In this document: positions 14,248-26,500 of the stretch, one piece after another | Layout of the letters: every line of letters starts with the position of its first letter | Position numbering within the stretch: position 1 is the stretch's first letter | From: Ostrea edulis | Taxonomy: Eukaryota | Length of the DNA: 64,000 nt | NCBI RefSeq assembly: GCF_947568905.1 | Contig: NC_079170.1 | Coordinates: forward strand, 82,894,001-82,958,000 | Direction of reading: 5' to 3' | The notes under the pieces: model-generated | Told to the model about the DNA's origin: nothing | Seen by the model: the letters and a program-made list of their open reading frames with translations, nothing else | The model's database searches: none | Translations under genes and position numbers: made by a program

Positions 14248-14865
14248 ATATTTCAATTTGTTGTATTCTAATGACATATAAGACCTCATTTTACCTGTAA
14301 AATTGGCGTATAAAACCTCGTTTTATCTGCATATTGTGATATTAACAAAGGGATAACCATTTTATTGGCTTTGTAGTATATCATTTTACTGCCTTGGTGC
14401 AACAGTTTCAATTTCGTTTGTTCAAATATGAAAACATAATTATATTGCTCAATTATTCGAATACTTTTGTTCACTCTTATATTTAGAATTCCAATCCATA
14501 GAATTATCAATGTATGATACACATATAAAAGTAATGTTATTACTTAAAAACAATCTCGAGAGAAATCATCTTCCATTATGTACATGCATACATAGTTTCT
14601 TTTCAAAAATATCAAATGGACTTATAGTGTATAATATGTAGGTGTTAAAGGCCTCCGACCTTGTAAACTATCCCTATGTCTTTTATTACACTTTTCCATA
14701 AAGGTACACAGGAATTGTACGTCTTGTGAAGAACGTTCAGCGGAATCTAACACCAACAGCTGTTCACGCACCAGTCTTGCGGAACTAGAAGGAAATACCA
14801 TCTGTTCGAGTTATCGAGATGAGGAGAAGAACCATGGCGAAATTGCAGATAATAAATTTTTTTAA
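8259..14865 (+). CDS. Single-pass membrane protein, paralog B (start exon not identified)
   Basis: Exons 8259-8312 (DCIRKTMQCVKWVTECQS), 8405-8509 (GDDHSNRIVKRDTW...S/T-rich), 10796-10901 (106-nt TM exon ANTLTLSVSGSAIVGLLLGMMTMFLIIWRCEKRKIW), 14008-14113 and 14704-14865 (to TAA). All GT-AG and phase-compatible. Confidence 0.7.
8633..9135 (+). repeat. Dispersed unclassified repeat, 1.4 head-to-tail units of about 352 bp
   Basis: TGTAAAACTTATACGGTACCAATTTTGATGCACCAGATGCGCATTT occurs at about 8635 and 8987. Inverted copies at 9712-10155 and 16040-16140. Confidence 0.7.
9467..9648 (+). mobile_element. Naiad-type terminal repeat copy
   Basis: GGGTGTGACCGGTCGACGGGGATGCTTAC...CGTTCGTTATCTTCACCTTTCA. 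Confidence 0.75.
9712..10155 (-). repeat. Same dispersed repeat, inverted, spanning the same head-to-tail junction
   Basis: Reverse complement of segments of 8633-9135; source of the spurious track ORF 9876..10130. Confidence 0.7.
10285..10760 (+). mobile_element. Highly decayed Naiad-type RT fragment
   Basis: Remnants resembling NQIWTLKNSKEL and VFQ..VGIP, also seen in the better copies at 29480-32180 and 15378-16800. Confidence 0.5.
12545..12920. repeat. About 185-bp tandem duplication (2 copies)
   Basis: AAATTATGAATTTTG.CAAAATGCCCAAACC.ACATTTTTCATACTACAATAGCTCAAATCTGAT occurs at about 12548 and 12740. Confidence 0.8.
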
Positions 14866-15377
14866 TGAATAAACTGTTACAGAATGTTACAATTTCTCTG
14901 TGAATGTAGAAATGAAATTAGTTCATGAAAGTAAATTTGCGCAAACATGTATCACAAATGGTAAACATTACTAAAGAATGGTATTGTTCCGAAACGATAT
15001 AGACTAATATAGTGAGAAATTATTAGATTTATTTCTTGTACTTTGTACTTTGAGTGACTTGATACAAGTAATTATTCAATGATGTGATGTTTATTTCCAA
15101 ACCCTCAAATTAATCATGAAATAAAGGTGGAAATAATTAATTTCAATTATTTATTTTTCAATAATTTTCCTCGTCTATGGATCCGTGTTATGATACTAAT
15201 GAACTTTGAATTTAGTACCCATTTTATCAAGAGAAACACGTGTTATATTGCATGTTAAGATCGATATTAGATTGTGGGAATTGAAATGAATTTCAATGAT
15301 AAAAAAAAATATAGATAATAAATGACATGAATGCGAGAACTTCTTTTCAATGGCATGTATACACAGGAAAAGTAAAA

Positions 15378-16800
15378 ATAAGGAACAATGACCAATCTCT
15401 TAATTCTTATAAGGAATACAAAATAGAGAGTTGAGCAAACACGGATCCCTTGGTATACCAGAGGTGGGATCGGGTGCCTAGGAGGAGTACCCGACCCCTG
15501 TAGACCGATCACACCCGCCGTGAGATCTATCTCGTGATCGGGTAAATGGAGTAATCCTTAGTCAAGATCAGTGTATCAAGAACAGCCTAACAATCGGCAT
15601 GAAACATGTCAGACAGCATTTGACCGAGATTGTATTGGCAAACTAAATCGTTACAACGACCATAGAATTTGTGAAATGCTGATATTGAACGAGACTGTTG
15701 AAACCCCTGTAAAATCAATTTCTTTGTCAGTACATGTAGTTTGCATCAATTTAAAAACTAATCATATGCAGAGAAAGATCTTGTGTATCGAATCCGTGCA
15801 GAGATATAAAAGCCATATGCAGGTGATAATGGAATACTTAAAAATATAGGGAGTTGACGATGGAGGAAATGAAATCACCCCTTTTGACATAAAGTTGAGC
15901 TGCTAGTTTACTGCTAACATCTATGATCAATAAAATGTCTAAATACGAAGCAGATGTAGAAGTCACTGTAGTATTTGTTATTACGAGTCCACTCGATATA
16001 TCGAATCGACATATGGATTCTCTATAATAGCTCTAAAACTTTATTGTTATTTCGGATTTCAAACATTTCGGTTGAGCATAACTGAAAAGACATTATTTGT
16101 CGAAATGCGCATCTGGTGCATCAAAATTGGTACCGTATAAGTATGAATGAAAATGATTATTGTTAATATATATGAATATAGAGTTAAAAGCCACAGCTAT
16201 ATGCTTTTTCTTCTTTTGTAGTAGCTTTTGAATAAATTCTGTCTCATGAAAATACAAAAACAGATCAGCCAACAAAGGAGCACAATTCGTGCCCATATGA
16301 ATTTCAACAGACTTTTTGAAGACTGCAACGATATTGTCAACGAGGAACTCCAGTATATTTTAGTTGAACTTCGAAGTATTTGTACGTAGAATCAGAGTTG
16401 TGTTTAACAAAATAATTGTTGGATGACTAATCAATTGGTCCATTCTTGTTGAAAAAGCAACTTGCTACATGTATGATGTCAAAACGTCTAATCCTTAATT
16501 CATCGTGAGGAATGGTCGTGTAAAGTGTTGAAAAGCCACACGTTTTGATGTTGATTTGAGAAACGTTTTGCAATTTCAAATTTACTAATCGTTCTTTAGA
16601 ATTGTTTGAAATCCACATTTGATTTACACCACGTTTGGCAATGTTGTGACACAATACGTGTAAAGGTTCTCCGTCACAGTAATTAATACTGAGCAATATT
16701 TTCGTGAGGAGGAAAGATGCGGGTTAGTTGGACATCTACTGGATTCAGCAATGTATCTCTGTTTGTAAGGGTTTTTGTGAAGTTTAGGAACCCAGTATAG
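15378..16800 (-). mobile_element. Decayed Naiad-type Penelope-like element, interrupted by a dispersed repeat at about 16040-16140
   Basis: Track ORFs MGTNCAPLLADLFLY... (16093..16296) and GVNQMWI..NSKE...FSTLYTTIPHD (16427..16696); terminal repeat at about 15378-15560. Confidence 0.78.
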
Positions 16801-17299
16801 GTACGGTAATAATTAATATTCATTCTGATTTCCAATTCAAATCAATATATATATGTACTCAGTCACTTGAAGTGATCTGTATTTTTAGCATCGATGAATG
16901 TTACATGTAACAGATTATCAATGAACAATGATTAATCCAATAAACAAACACACACATACACACAGACACATGTTTCATCTCGTGTATATATCGGCCATGT
17001 TACATGAAGGAATGGGCCCAATTATTTCATAATGTAAAGAGACATCTTTAATTACAATGTCAGTTCCTTCATACAACTACCCAGGTTTTCCTTCAATCAT
17101 ATCTTATATTATATACGATTCAATTACAAAGAATTCATTTTATACACGGTCTCTATGACATAGAATACATTTTGTACTTATATACAACACTTAGTTTGTC
17201 ACAGTGGTGTCTTACAGTCTACATCAATTAAATGCTATTAATCATCATTAGTTTTTTTTATTGTCTAATCATTTAAACAGAATCTTTTTGCATTCAGCT

Positions 17300-17553
17300 G
17301 GTTAGTTGATTGTATACTGTTTAACGTCTCTTTCGATAATCTTTCACTCAAATGGAGACGTCACTATTGCCGGTTTAGGGTTGCACAACTTAGGCCTATG
17401 CCCGGCGCTTATGGTCTTTGAACAGGAAAAGAGCTTTATTGTACCACACCTGTTGTGACACGGGACCTCATATTTTGGTGGTATCATCCGGGTGATTGCC
17501 CCATTTCGTCGCCTTTTAGGACAAGCAAGGATATGGAAGATCTATAGTAACCC
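17300..17553 (-). mobile_element. SINE family 1 copy
   Basis: Same core. Confidence 0.72.
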
Positions 17554-17904
17554 AAATAAGGCTTTCAAATGGGAAAAGGTAACGATAACGAACAGCGTTC
17601 CATGTCATCAATCCTATAAGAAATACAAAATCGAAAGTAATTGAAATACTAACTTAAGAGATCCATGGGTTGCATACTCACCTGCGTAGTTTAGCTTTGA
17701 TTTGATAATTGTATATGAAAGGCGAAGATAAAGTACAGTGATCAATCCCATAACTCTCACAAGCAATATAAAATGGATAGTTAATATATCTATTTAAAGT
17801 ATAAAAAGGTGAATTAATTAAATTAATAGTACGGCAAACACGGAGCATTGGAAACAGCACAGGTGGGATCAGCTCCTAAGAGGAGTAAGCACCCCCTGTT
17901 GTGA

Positions 17905-18165
17905 TTGATTGATTTTCTTTTCTTTAACGTCCCCCTCGAGAATGTTAACCCACATTAGGACATCACCATTGCCGGTAAACGGCTATAAAATTTAGGCCTA
18001 TGCTCGGTGTTTTACGGCCTTTAATCAGGGAGGAATCTTTATCGTGCCACACCCGCTTTCGAATGGGACCTCGGTTTTTGCGGTCTTATCCAAAGGACCG
18101 TTCCATTTAGTCGCCTCCGACGACAAGCAAGGGACACTGAGGATCTATTCTGACCCGGGCCTCCA
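17905..18165 (-). mobile_element. SINE family 1 copy with 11-bp target-site duplication
   Basis: CCCTGTTGTGA at 17894-17904 and 18166-18176 flanks the copy. Confidence 0.8.
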
Positions 18166-19834
18166 CCCTGTTGTGAAGAGCTAAAATGATTTGCACTGCC
18201 ATTGAACGCATTCGTGTTTTAAATTTACCAATTTGCCTATGATTTGTTACACAATTAGTCCAGGGTAGATATTTACACAGGAAATAAATAGACTAGGACA
18301 GTATTATCATTTTAAAGCAGCTTTCACTTAACCGTTAGGATGTGATAATTGTATAGAGAAAATTGGGGATAAACTATATAGCAGTTTTAGGAGGTGTTTT
18401 CCTATACTTCCAAAATATTCTATATTCATATTTCCCACCCAGGCATTTGCCACTGAACTCAAACCGTAGAAGATATGAATCATTACATTATATTTGCTCA
18501 TTTCAAACTTTATGTATACATATTACTTAGAATGATTGCAGGGGATGTTTGAACTGTTGCAAGTTTGTTGGAGTTCTGTGTAGATTTGGTAAGTTTACAT
18601 CTTATTCTATAAAGATCTGATCAACAATAATATGTATCATACCCATACAATGGATTCGTATTTCTATCAACATTGCGTCCATCAGTGGGAGTGGACTCGT
18701 TATTGAAATGTTTCTCATATATTCCATACTATACTTTCTATTCCAAATGCATATCTTTATACTTAATTCGTTATAAAAAGTTTTAAGAATAAAAAAAAAT
18801 TAAAAAGGGTAATGCAATTACGCATAATTTAAGAAATGTATTTGAATATACTAAATTACTTGCCATTGAAAAAAATATATATTTACAAATACTTTTAAGG
18901 ACTTTTTCTACAAGCAAATGTTTCTTCCTAGTTTTGAAGACTTCTTAAGCTAGTGCTATATGTTTACAGTTGACGACAAAATTGGAGGATGTTTGAAAGT
19001 TTCCTTACTGTAGAATATTTATTGATTCTTATGTACCAACCTAATGTACCTAGAACAAGTTTTCAATTAATGTGTGAAAATAGTGAAACGAGTGTCTATA
19101 TACAAGAAAGCTCTGAAAACAAATACCAAATACCCAGTAACAAATCGTTATTTGATCAACTTGACTGAATTGAGTTTGTAGTGTTGCTAACTATTCTTAC
19201 ATGTCTTGCATATTCATTCAATTTTGTACAGGAATATTGAAAACAGAGAAGTTTGTCATGTGTACTGAATATGTCCCTAATTGCGTTTATAAAGTTACCC
19301 CTGAAAGCTAATTATAAGTACTGGTCTTAACCATATCATCCTTGATTAGGTACCGAGTTGTACTACATAACATACAATGTAGCGGAAATCAATTACATAG
19401 AAATAGAAATATTACATGTAAAGTGTGTTGTGAACAGGAAGGTCGTCAATACACATAACACATATTTATGTACTGGAATTGATAGCAAAAAGTGTACAAA
19501 GAGGTACGTTTAATCTAATAATATCACTGATCAATCTATCAATGTTAAACTTAAGAAATAGAATCTCTTTATGTAATTTATATTCCGTATAACTTTCTAA
19601 ACGAAGTAAGTTTCGTCTGACATAAGCATGAATTCCTACATGAGGAAGTGTAAGCATTTTAATCTACAAAGGAGTGTTATTGACAGGACATTGATGAATG
19701 TAAACACCAGAATTTTGATAAATCATTCCAAATGCTTTAGTATGGGAAAATGGTTAAATCATTGCAAAAGACTTCAAAGCCTATAAAAACACGCGTCCTA
19801 TGTTTACTGAAGTTATTACAGTGTTTCCGATGTT

Positions 19835-20060
19835 TAATGATGTTATCAGAGCATGATTTCGGTGTTTACCAATGTCATTAGAGCATGATTCCGATATTTA
19901 GCGATGTTGTTAGAGCATGATTCCGATGGTTACCGATATTATTGCAGCATGATTCCTATATTTAACGATGTTGTTAGAGCATGTTCTAGTGTTTACCGAT
20001 GGTATTAGTGTACGATTCCGATATTTAGCGATGTTATGAGAACGTGATCCCGATGTTAAG
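19835..20060. repeat. About 35-bp degenerate tandem repeat, about 6 copies
   Basis: GATGTT.TTAGAGCATGATTCCGAT.TTTA.C recurs. Confidence 0.8.
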
Positions 20061-20552
20061 TAAAGTATTCTTTATGGGTACATGTAAATTGTGCGTCGGG
20101 TTTGCTTGTGAAACAGTTCTCTTCTTCTGACTGTTAAATGGTGTATGACTTTAACACTTTTCATTACAGTGAACAAACAAAAGTATGGTAGTTTTACAAA
20201 AGTTCTCTACGTGTACTTTGATAATCATAAGAATTATAATGAGAAACCCTACCATGAAAGGCGAAGATAACAAACAGCAATCAATCTCATAACTCCTATA
20301 AGCAATACAAAATGTCACTTAACATACATGAGAAAAACCATTTAGTGTACCTTTGAAATCTCTCTGTTTTCAGTATTCTAGTACTAGTGCTTGCATCGGT
20401 GAAGAAACAAATCTCAATGAGACAAAATCAACGTTTGCTAAATGTTACTGAGGATGTCCTGATCAAGTACTCTCAAACGAATAAATTGTGGCACAGCTGT
20501 GAATATTCAAATGGGAATTTACCCTCCCTTTCATAGGAACATTTTATTTCAG

Positions 20553-23500
20553 ATTCTCTGATACAGACGAAAAACATATTAATCTAACTCAAGTGAATGC
20601 TTTAGATGTCAATGAAATGACCGATACAACGCTAAGTAAGTACTTATAAATCATTTAAATTACTGTCTATTCGTTGGTATCAAGAGGATCCCAATTTGTT
20701 TTATCAATATGGGTCCAGTATCTCAAGGCTAATAAGATCTTGTTTGAAACTTATTCGATATTTCATGTCAAAGTTATCATTCGTTAAGTTCAGCGTAAGT
20801 CACTGCTAACATAGAAGAAATGTTTGCTTTTATAGCGATAGTTTATTACTTGGCACATCACAGCCCTATCAATGTTTGCTTTTATAGCGATAGTCCATTA
20901 CTTGGCACATCACAGCCCTATCAATGCTTGCTTTTATAGCGATAGTTTATTACTTGGCACATCACAGCCCTATCAATGTTTGCTTTTATAGCGATAGTCC
21001 ATTACTTGGCACATCACAGCCCTATCAATGCTTGCTTTTATAGCGATAGCCCATTACTTGGCACATCACAGCCCTATCAATGCTTGCTTTTATAGCGATA
21101 GTCCATTACCTGGCACATCACAGCCCTATCAATGTTTGCTTTTATAGCGATAGTCCATTACTTGGCACATCACAGCCCTATCAATGCTTGCTTTTATAGC
21201 GATAGCCCATTACTTGGCACATCACAGCCCTATCAATGTTTGCTTTTATAGCGATAGCCCATTACTTGGCACATCACAGCCCTATCAATGCTTGCTTTTA
21301 TAGCGATAGCCCATTACTTGGCACATCACAGCCCTATCAATGTTTGCTTTTATAGCGATAGCCCATTACTTGGCACATCACAGCCCTATCAATGTGTGTC
21401 GTACGAATGTCATGTTAAGTGTGGTATGTATTGGGATGTACGTCTCAGTGTTATTGTGATTCATTCTACAGCATTCATCAACCAATCAACGGTAGGAACA
21501 AGTACTGAACCTACGACCAATCAATGGGACATATGGAAACAGATAATGGACTTTCTCGCAGGTAAATTAAGGAAGTTACCTCCTGGACTTCTGAGGGCAA
21601 CTGCTCAGGATGCTACAACTGAGTATTTACTGGCTCAATACTGATTCCATTAGTACAAACATATTACACATCTATCACTGAACCCCATCCATTTGAAAAA
21701 TGTGGTATCAATTCAAATTTTGAAAGGGTTTGGCAGGGAGTATATTTTGTGGCGGAAGGATTCATTAATCAAAGAAGTTCTTAATCTGCATAATATTACA
21801 GATTCTGTTTCATTCAATGTATCGTCTATATTATACTCCTATACGTGAATTTCAGTCTTATACTTTATGATATAGATAGTTGAGACTTGGAACTAGTTCA
21901 AATGTAATATATCTGTTTGGATGATATATTTTTTAAGCAGACAACCGATTCTTAACAAACATTTTAATTAATTTACTCCAAATTTTGTATAAGATTAAGT
22001 ATTTTCGCCAATAAATTAAGAATTCCATCTCCAATCCCCACTTTTTAGTTCCATTTTAAATTGTAAGACCAGACTTTGAAAATTATGTAAAATTTTAGAA
22101 ATTGACATTACTCATAATATGTCCTTTTAAGCTTTCAATTTTGATATCATGAAAATTTTCGCATATCAAGTGCAAAAATGTCATTAATTATTTCCATTAC
22201 TAGTGTCATTTCTTTAATCTGCATTGTTAGAAGACATAATCATGTATCTATTTTTTGTAATGCTTGATTTGTGTTGTTTATACTGTTTTGACACCAACAG
22301 ACAAATCAAGTTTAATTGCATAAAGAAGTCCAAATAAGTTATTGTTTAGAACAATGTAGATCAATAACAAGCATTGCGAGCCCAGTTTTTTTTTTCAATT
22401 TCCAAATTCTTCTTCATTGTAGAAATCAAAAATATACTTCCCCAAAAAATTGCATTACTCCAAACCTCAGGTGCGATCCTCTTTAATTCCAGGATATGGA
22501 ACTGAAAAGAAGTAAAATAGACAAAAACGTCAAATCATTGTATCCATAAACATGTTCTTTTAAATCATACACAACTATTGCATATTCTGAGAAAATGTCT
22601 TGATTCTTGGTTTTATTTAACCATTGATGATTTTTCCAATCACCATTATCTATATATAACTACATGTATTTAATAAATGTTCTCCTATGTATCTTCTCCA
22701 AAAGCACACCACGATATCTTCATAAAGACTGGGATAGGAATGGGAGGATTCCTGTTTGGAATAATTCTGATGTGGATTGTTTTCAAATGCAAGGAGCGGA
22801 AGAAGACAGAGTAAGTCATACGGTCATGGGGGTATTCTGTGGTTAAGAAAGAATCGAATTATTGAATGAAACACAGCTGCATTCATCTAAGGTGATAACC
22901 AAGAACGTATTTGCATCTTCATGATTTAAATGTAACGGTTTGGGGTGGATAAAACTTGCAATTCTAGTTCCAACGAATGGTCATGATCTCAGAGTGAGGC
23001 TAAGTACAGATGGATCCGTCTTATTATTGCATATGCTCATGATTGATGACCAAAAAAAATCCAAACAACGATATTGTTTCCATTAATCGGTGGTATCTGT
23101 CTTTTATCTCAATATTAACTTAACCTTAATTCATAACATCTAAATAATTAATTAAGTCAATTAAGCAATAGAAATGAATGTTAAAAATTTCAAAACTATA
23201 TTTTCGGATTCTGCTATACCTCATTTCCAGCGCAGTTTTCTCTCTGATTTATCATAGAGTGTCCAGAACCAAAAACAACGGTGTGCCTAACAATGGACGG
23301 ACGTCCACCGAAATGGACACTCTACTGAGACAGTATATCAGTGATACCGTGAGTATTCCCCCAGACAATATAACAGTGATACCGTGAGTATTCCCCCAGA
23401 CAGTATAACAGTGATACCGTGAGTATTCCCCCACACAGTATAACAATAATACTGTGAAAGTTTTCCCCAGACAGTATAATAGTGGTACCATGGGTATTTC

Positions 23501-26500
23501 CCCAGACAGTAAAGCAGTGGTACTGTGAGTATTTCCCCCAGACAGTATAACAGTGATAATGTGAGTATTTCCCCAGACAGTATAACAGTGATACCGTGAG
23601 TATTTCCCTCAGACCGTGAAACAGTAATACCGTGAGTATTTCCCCCAGACAGTATAACAATGATACCGTGAGTATTTCCCCCAGACAGTAAAACAGTAAT
23701 ACCGTGAGTATTTCCTCCAGACAGTATAACAGTCATACTGTGAGTATTTCCCCCAAACAGCATAACAGTCATACCGTGAGTATTTCCTCCAGACAGTATA
23801 ACAATCATACTGTGAGTATTTCCCCTAAACAGTATAACAGTCATACTGTGAGTATTTCCCCCAAACAGTATAACAGTCATACCGTGAGTATTTCCCCCAA
23901 ACAGTATAACAGTAATACCGTGAGTATTTCCCCAGACAGTATAACAGTGATACCGTGAGTATTTCCCCCAAACAGTATAACAGTCATACCGTGAGTATTT
24001 CCCCAAGACAGTATAATAGTGATACCGTGAGTATTTCCTCCAGACAGTATAACAGTAATACCGTGAGTATTTCCTCCAGACAGTATAACAGTCATACTGT
24101 GAGTATTTCCCCCAAACAGTATAACAGTCATACTGTGAGTATTTCACCCAAACAGTATAATAGTAATACTGTGAGTATTTCCCCAAGACAGTATAATAGT
24201 GATACCGTGAGTATTTCCTCCAGACAGTATAACAATAATACCGTGAGTATTTCCCCCAGACAGTATAACAATGATACCGTGAGTATTTCCCCCACACAGT
24301 ATAACAGTCATACTGTGAGTATTTCACCCAAACAGTATAATAGTAATACCGTGAGTATTTCCCCAAGACAGTATAATAGTGATACCGTGAGTATTTCCCC
24401 AGATAGTATAACAGTGATACCGTGAGTATTTCCCTCAGACCGTGAAACAATAATACCGTGAGTATTTCCCCAACACAGTGTAACGGTGATACCGTGAGTA
24501 TTTCCCCCAGACAGTATAACAGTAATACCGTGAAAATTTTCCCCAGAGAGTATAATAGTGGTACCGTGAGTATTTCCCCAAGACAGTATAACAGTAATAT
24601 TGTGAATATTTCCTCCAGACAGTATAATAGTGGTACTGGAGTATTTCCCCAGACAGTATAACAATGATACCGTGAGTATTTCCCCCACACAGTATAACGA
24701 TGATACCGTGAGTATTTCCCTCAGACCGTGAAACAGTAATACCGTAAGTATTTCACCCAGACAGTATAACAGTAATACCGTGAGTATTTCCTCCAGACAG
24801 TATAACAGTCATACTGTGAGTATTTCCCCCAAGACAGTATAACAGTGATACCGTGAGTACTTCCCCCAGACAGTATAACAATGATACCGTAAGTATTTCC
24901 CCAGACAGTAAAACAGTAATATCGTGAGTATTTCCCCCACACAGTATAACAGTGATACCATGAGTATTTCCCCCAGACAGTATAACAATGATACCGTTAG
25001 TATTTCCCCAGACAGTAAAACAGTAATATCGTGAGTATTTCCCCCACACAGTATAACAGTGATACCGTGAGTATTTCCTCCACACAGTATAACAGTGATA
25101 ATGTGAGTATTTCCTCCACACAGTATAACAGTGATGATGTGAGTATTTCCTCCACACAGTATAACAGTGATATTGTGAGTATTTCCTCCACACAGTATAA
25201 CAATGATAATGTGAGTATTTCCTCCACACAGTATAACAGTGATATTGTGAGTATTTCCTCCACACAGTATAACAGTGATAATGTGAGTATTTCCTCCACA
25301 CAGTATAACAGTGATAATGTGAGTATTTCCTCCACACAGTATAACAGTGATAATGTGAGTATTTCCTCCACACAGTATAACAGTGATAATGTGAGTATTT
25401 CATCCACACAGTATAACATTGATACATTGAGTATTTCCTCCAGACTGTAAAACAGTAATGCCGTGAGTATTTCCCCCAGACAGTAGAACAGTGATACCCA
25501 TAGTATTTCCCTCAGAGAGTATAATAGTGATAATGTGAGTATTTCCCCCAGAGAGTAAAATAGTAATACCGTGAGTATTTCCCAAGACAGTATAACAGTG
25601 ATACCGTGAGTATTTCCCCCAGACAGTAACATTGATACTGTGAGTATTCCCTTAGACAGTATGACAGCGGTGAGTCATGACAAGCATATAGAAATGTATA
25701 TATAGTTTTTACATTTGATCGCTATGAATAGCTTGAACAAAGAAATGTTTTTCATACCAGTAAACATCATTATTACAACACCAAAAGCAAACGAAATTGT
25801 GAAACTACTATAACAAATTAGAAATGCTAGAAACGATCAACTCAGGAGTAGGCCGCTACCTATTTAAAGCATAGTGATAAATGTTACAAAATGAAAAGCT
25901 GATTATCAAACATCACAGTTTGTATACCACAGAAACTCATTATTCTCTCCTCGTATCTAATAATTATCTTTCTATGGCAGAAATATCTGTAACATCGCAG
26001 GACCTGAAAAATATCTAAAAATCTTGACCACATATAGGCCACAGGACATAATGAAGTCTAGCAATGTGCTGATGAACTATTATCACACTTATTACCAACA
26101 TCTTTGATAAACTTCTTTCTTGGAGAAATGTTTCTTCTGACTATAGCCAAGCCAATGTTACACTGATATTTAAAAAAGGCGAGAGAAATATTGGAGAAAT
26201 AATAAGAGACCCATATCCCTGACTGTAACTGACTGTAGATACATTGGAATCTAACATATATTTAACATATTTGTGATTGAATATATATATATCTTCATAG
26301 AATCAGAGTAAATCTGAAGCAATAAACCCGTCAAATCAACTAATCTTCATGCAACTGGGTCAAGGACAACATTGACATACCAGTTGATTCCCAGCATGTG
26401 TTCCGAGCAAAAGAAGTTGTGAAAGCCAACTATTTCCTCTCTGTCATGAACTATTCAGCCATATTCGGCTCTGTCACGAACTCCTCAGCCATTTCCCCCT

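Noticed and set aside
23252-25632. Long ORFs up to 450 aa (e.g. 23338..24690) as protein-coding genes
   Set aside because: They are open frames on both strands of a 35-37-bp minisatellite, with periodic low-complexity translations. Only the true exon 23258-23348 is supported.
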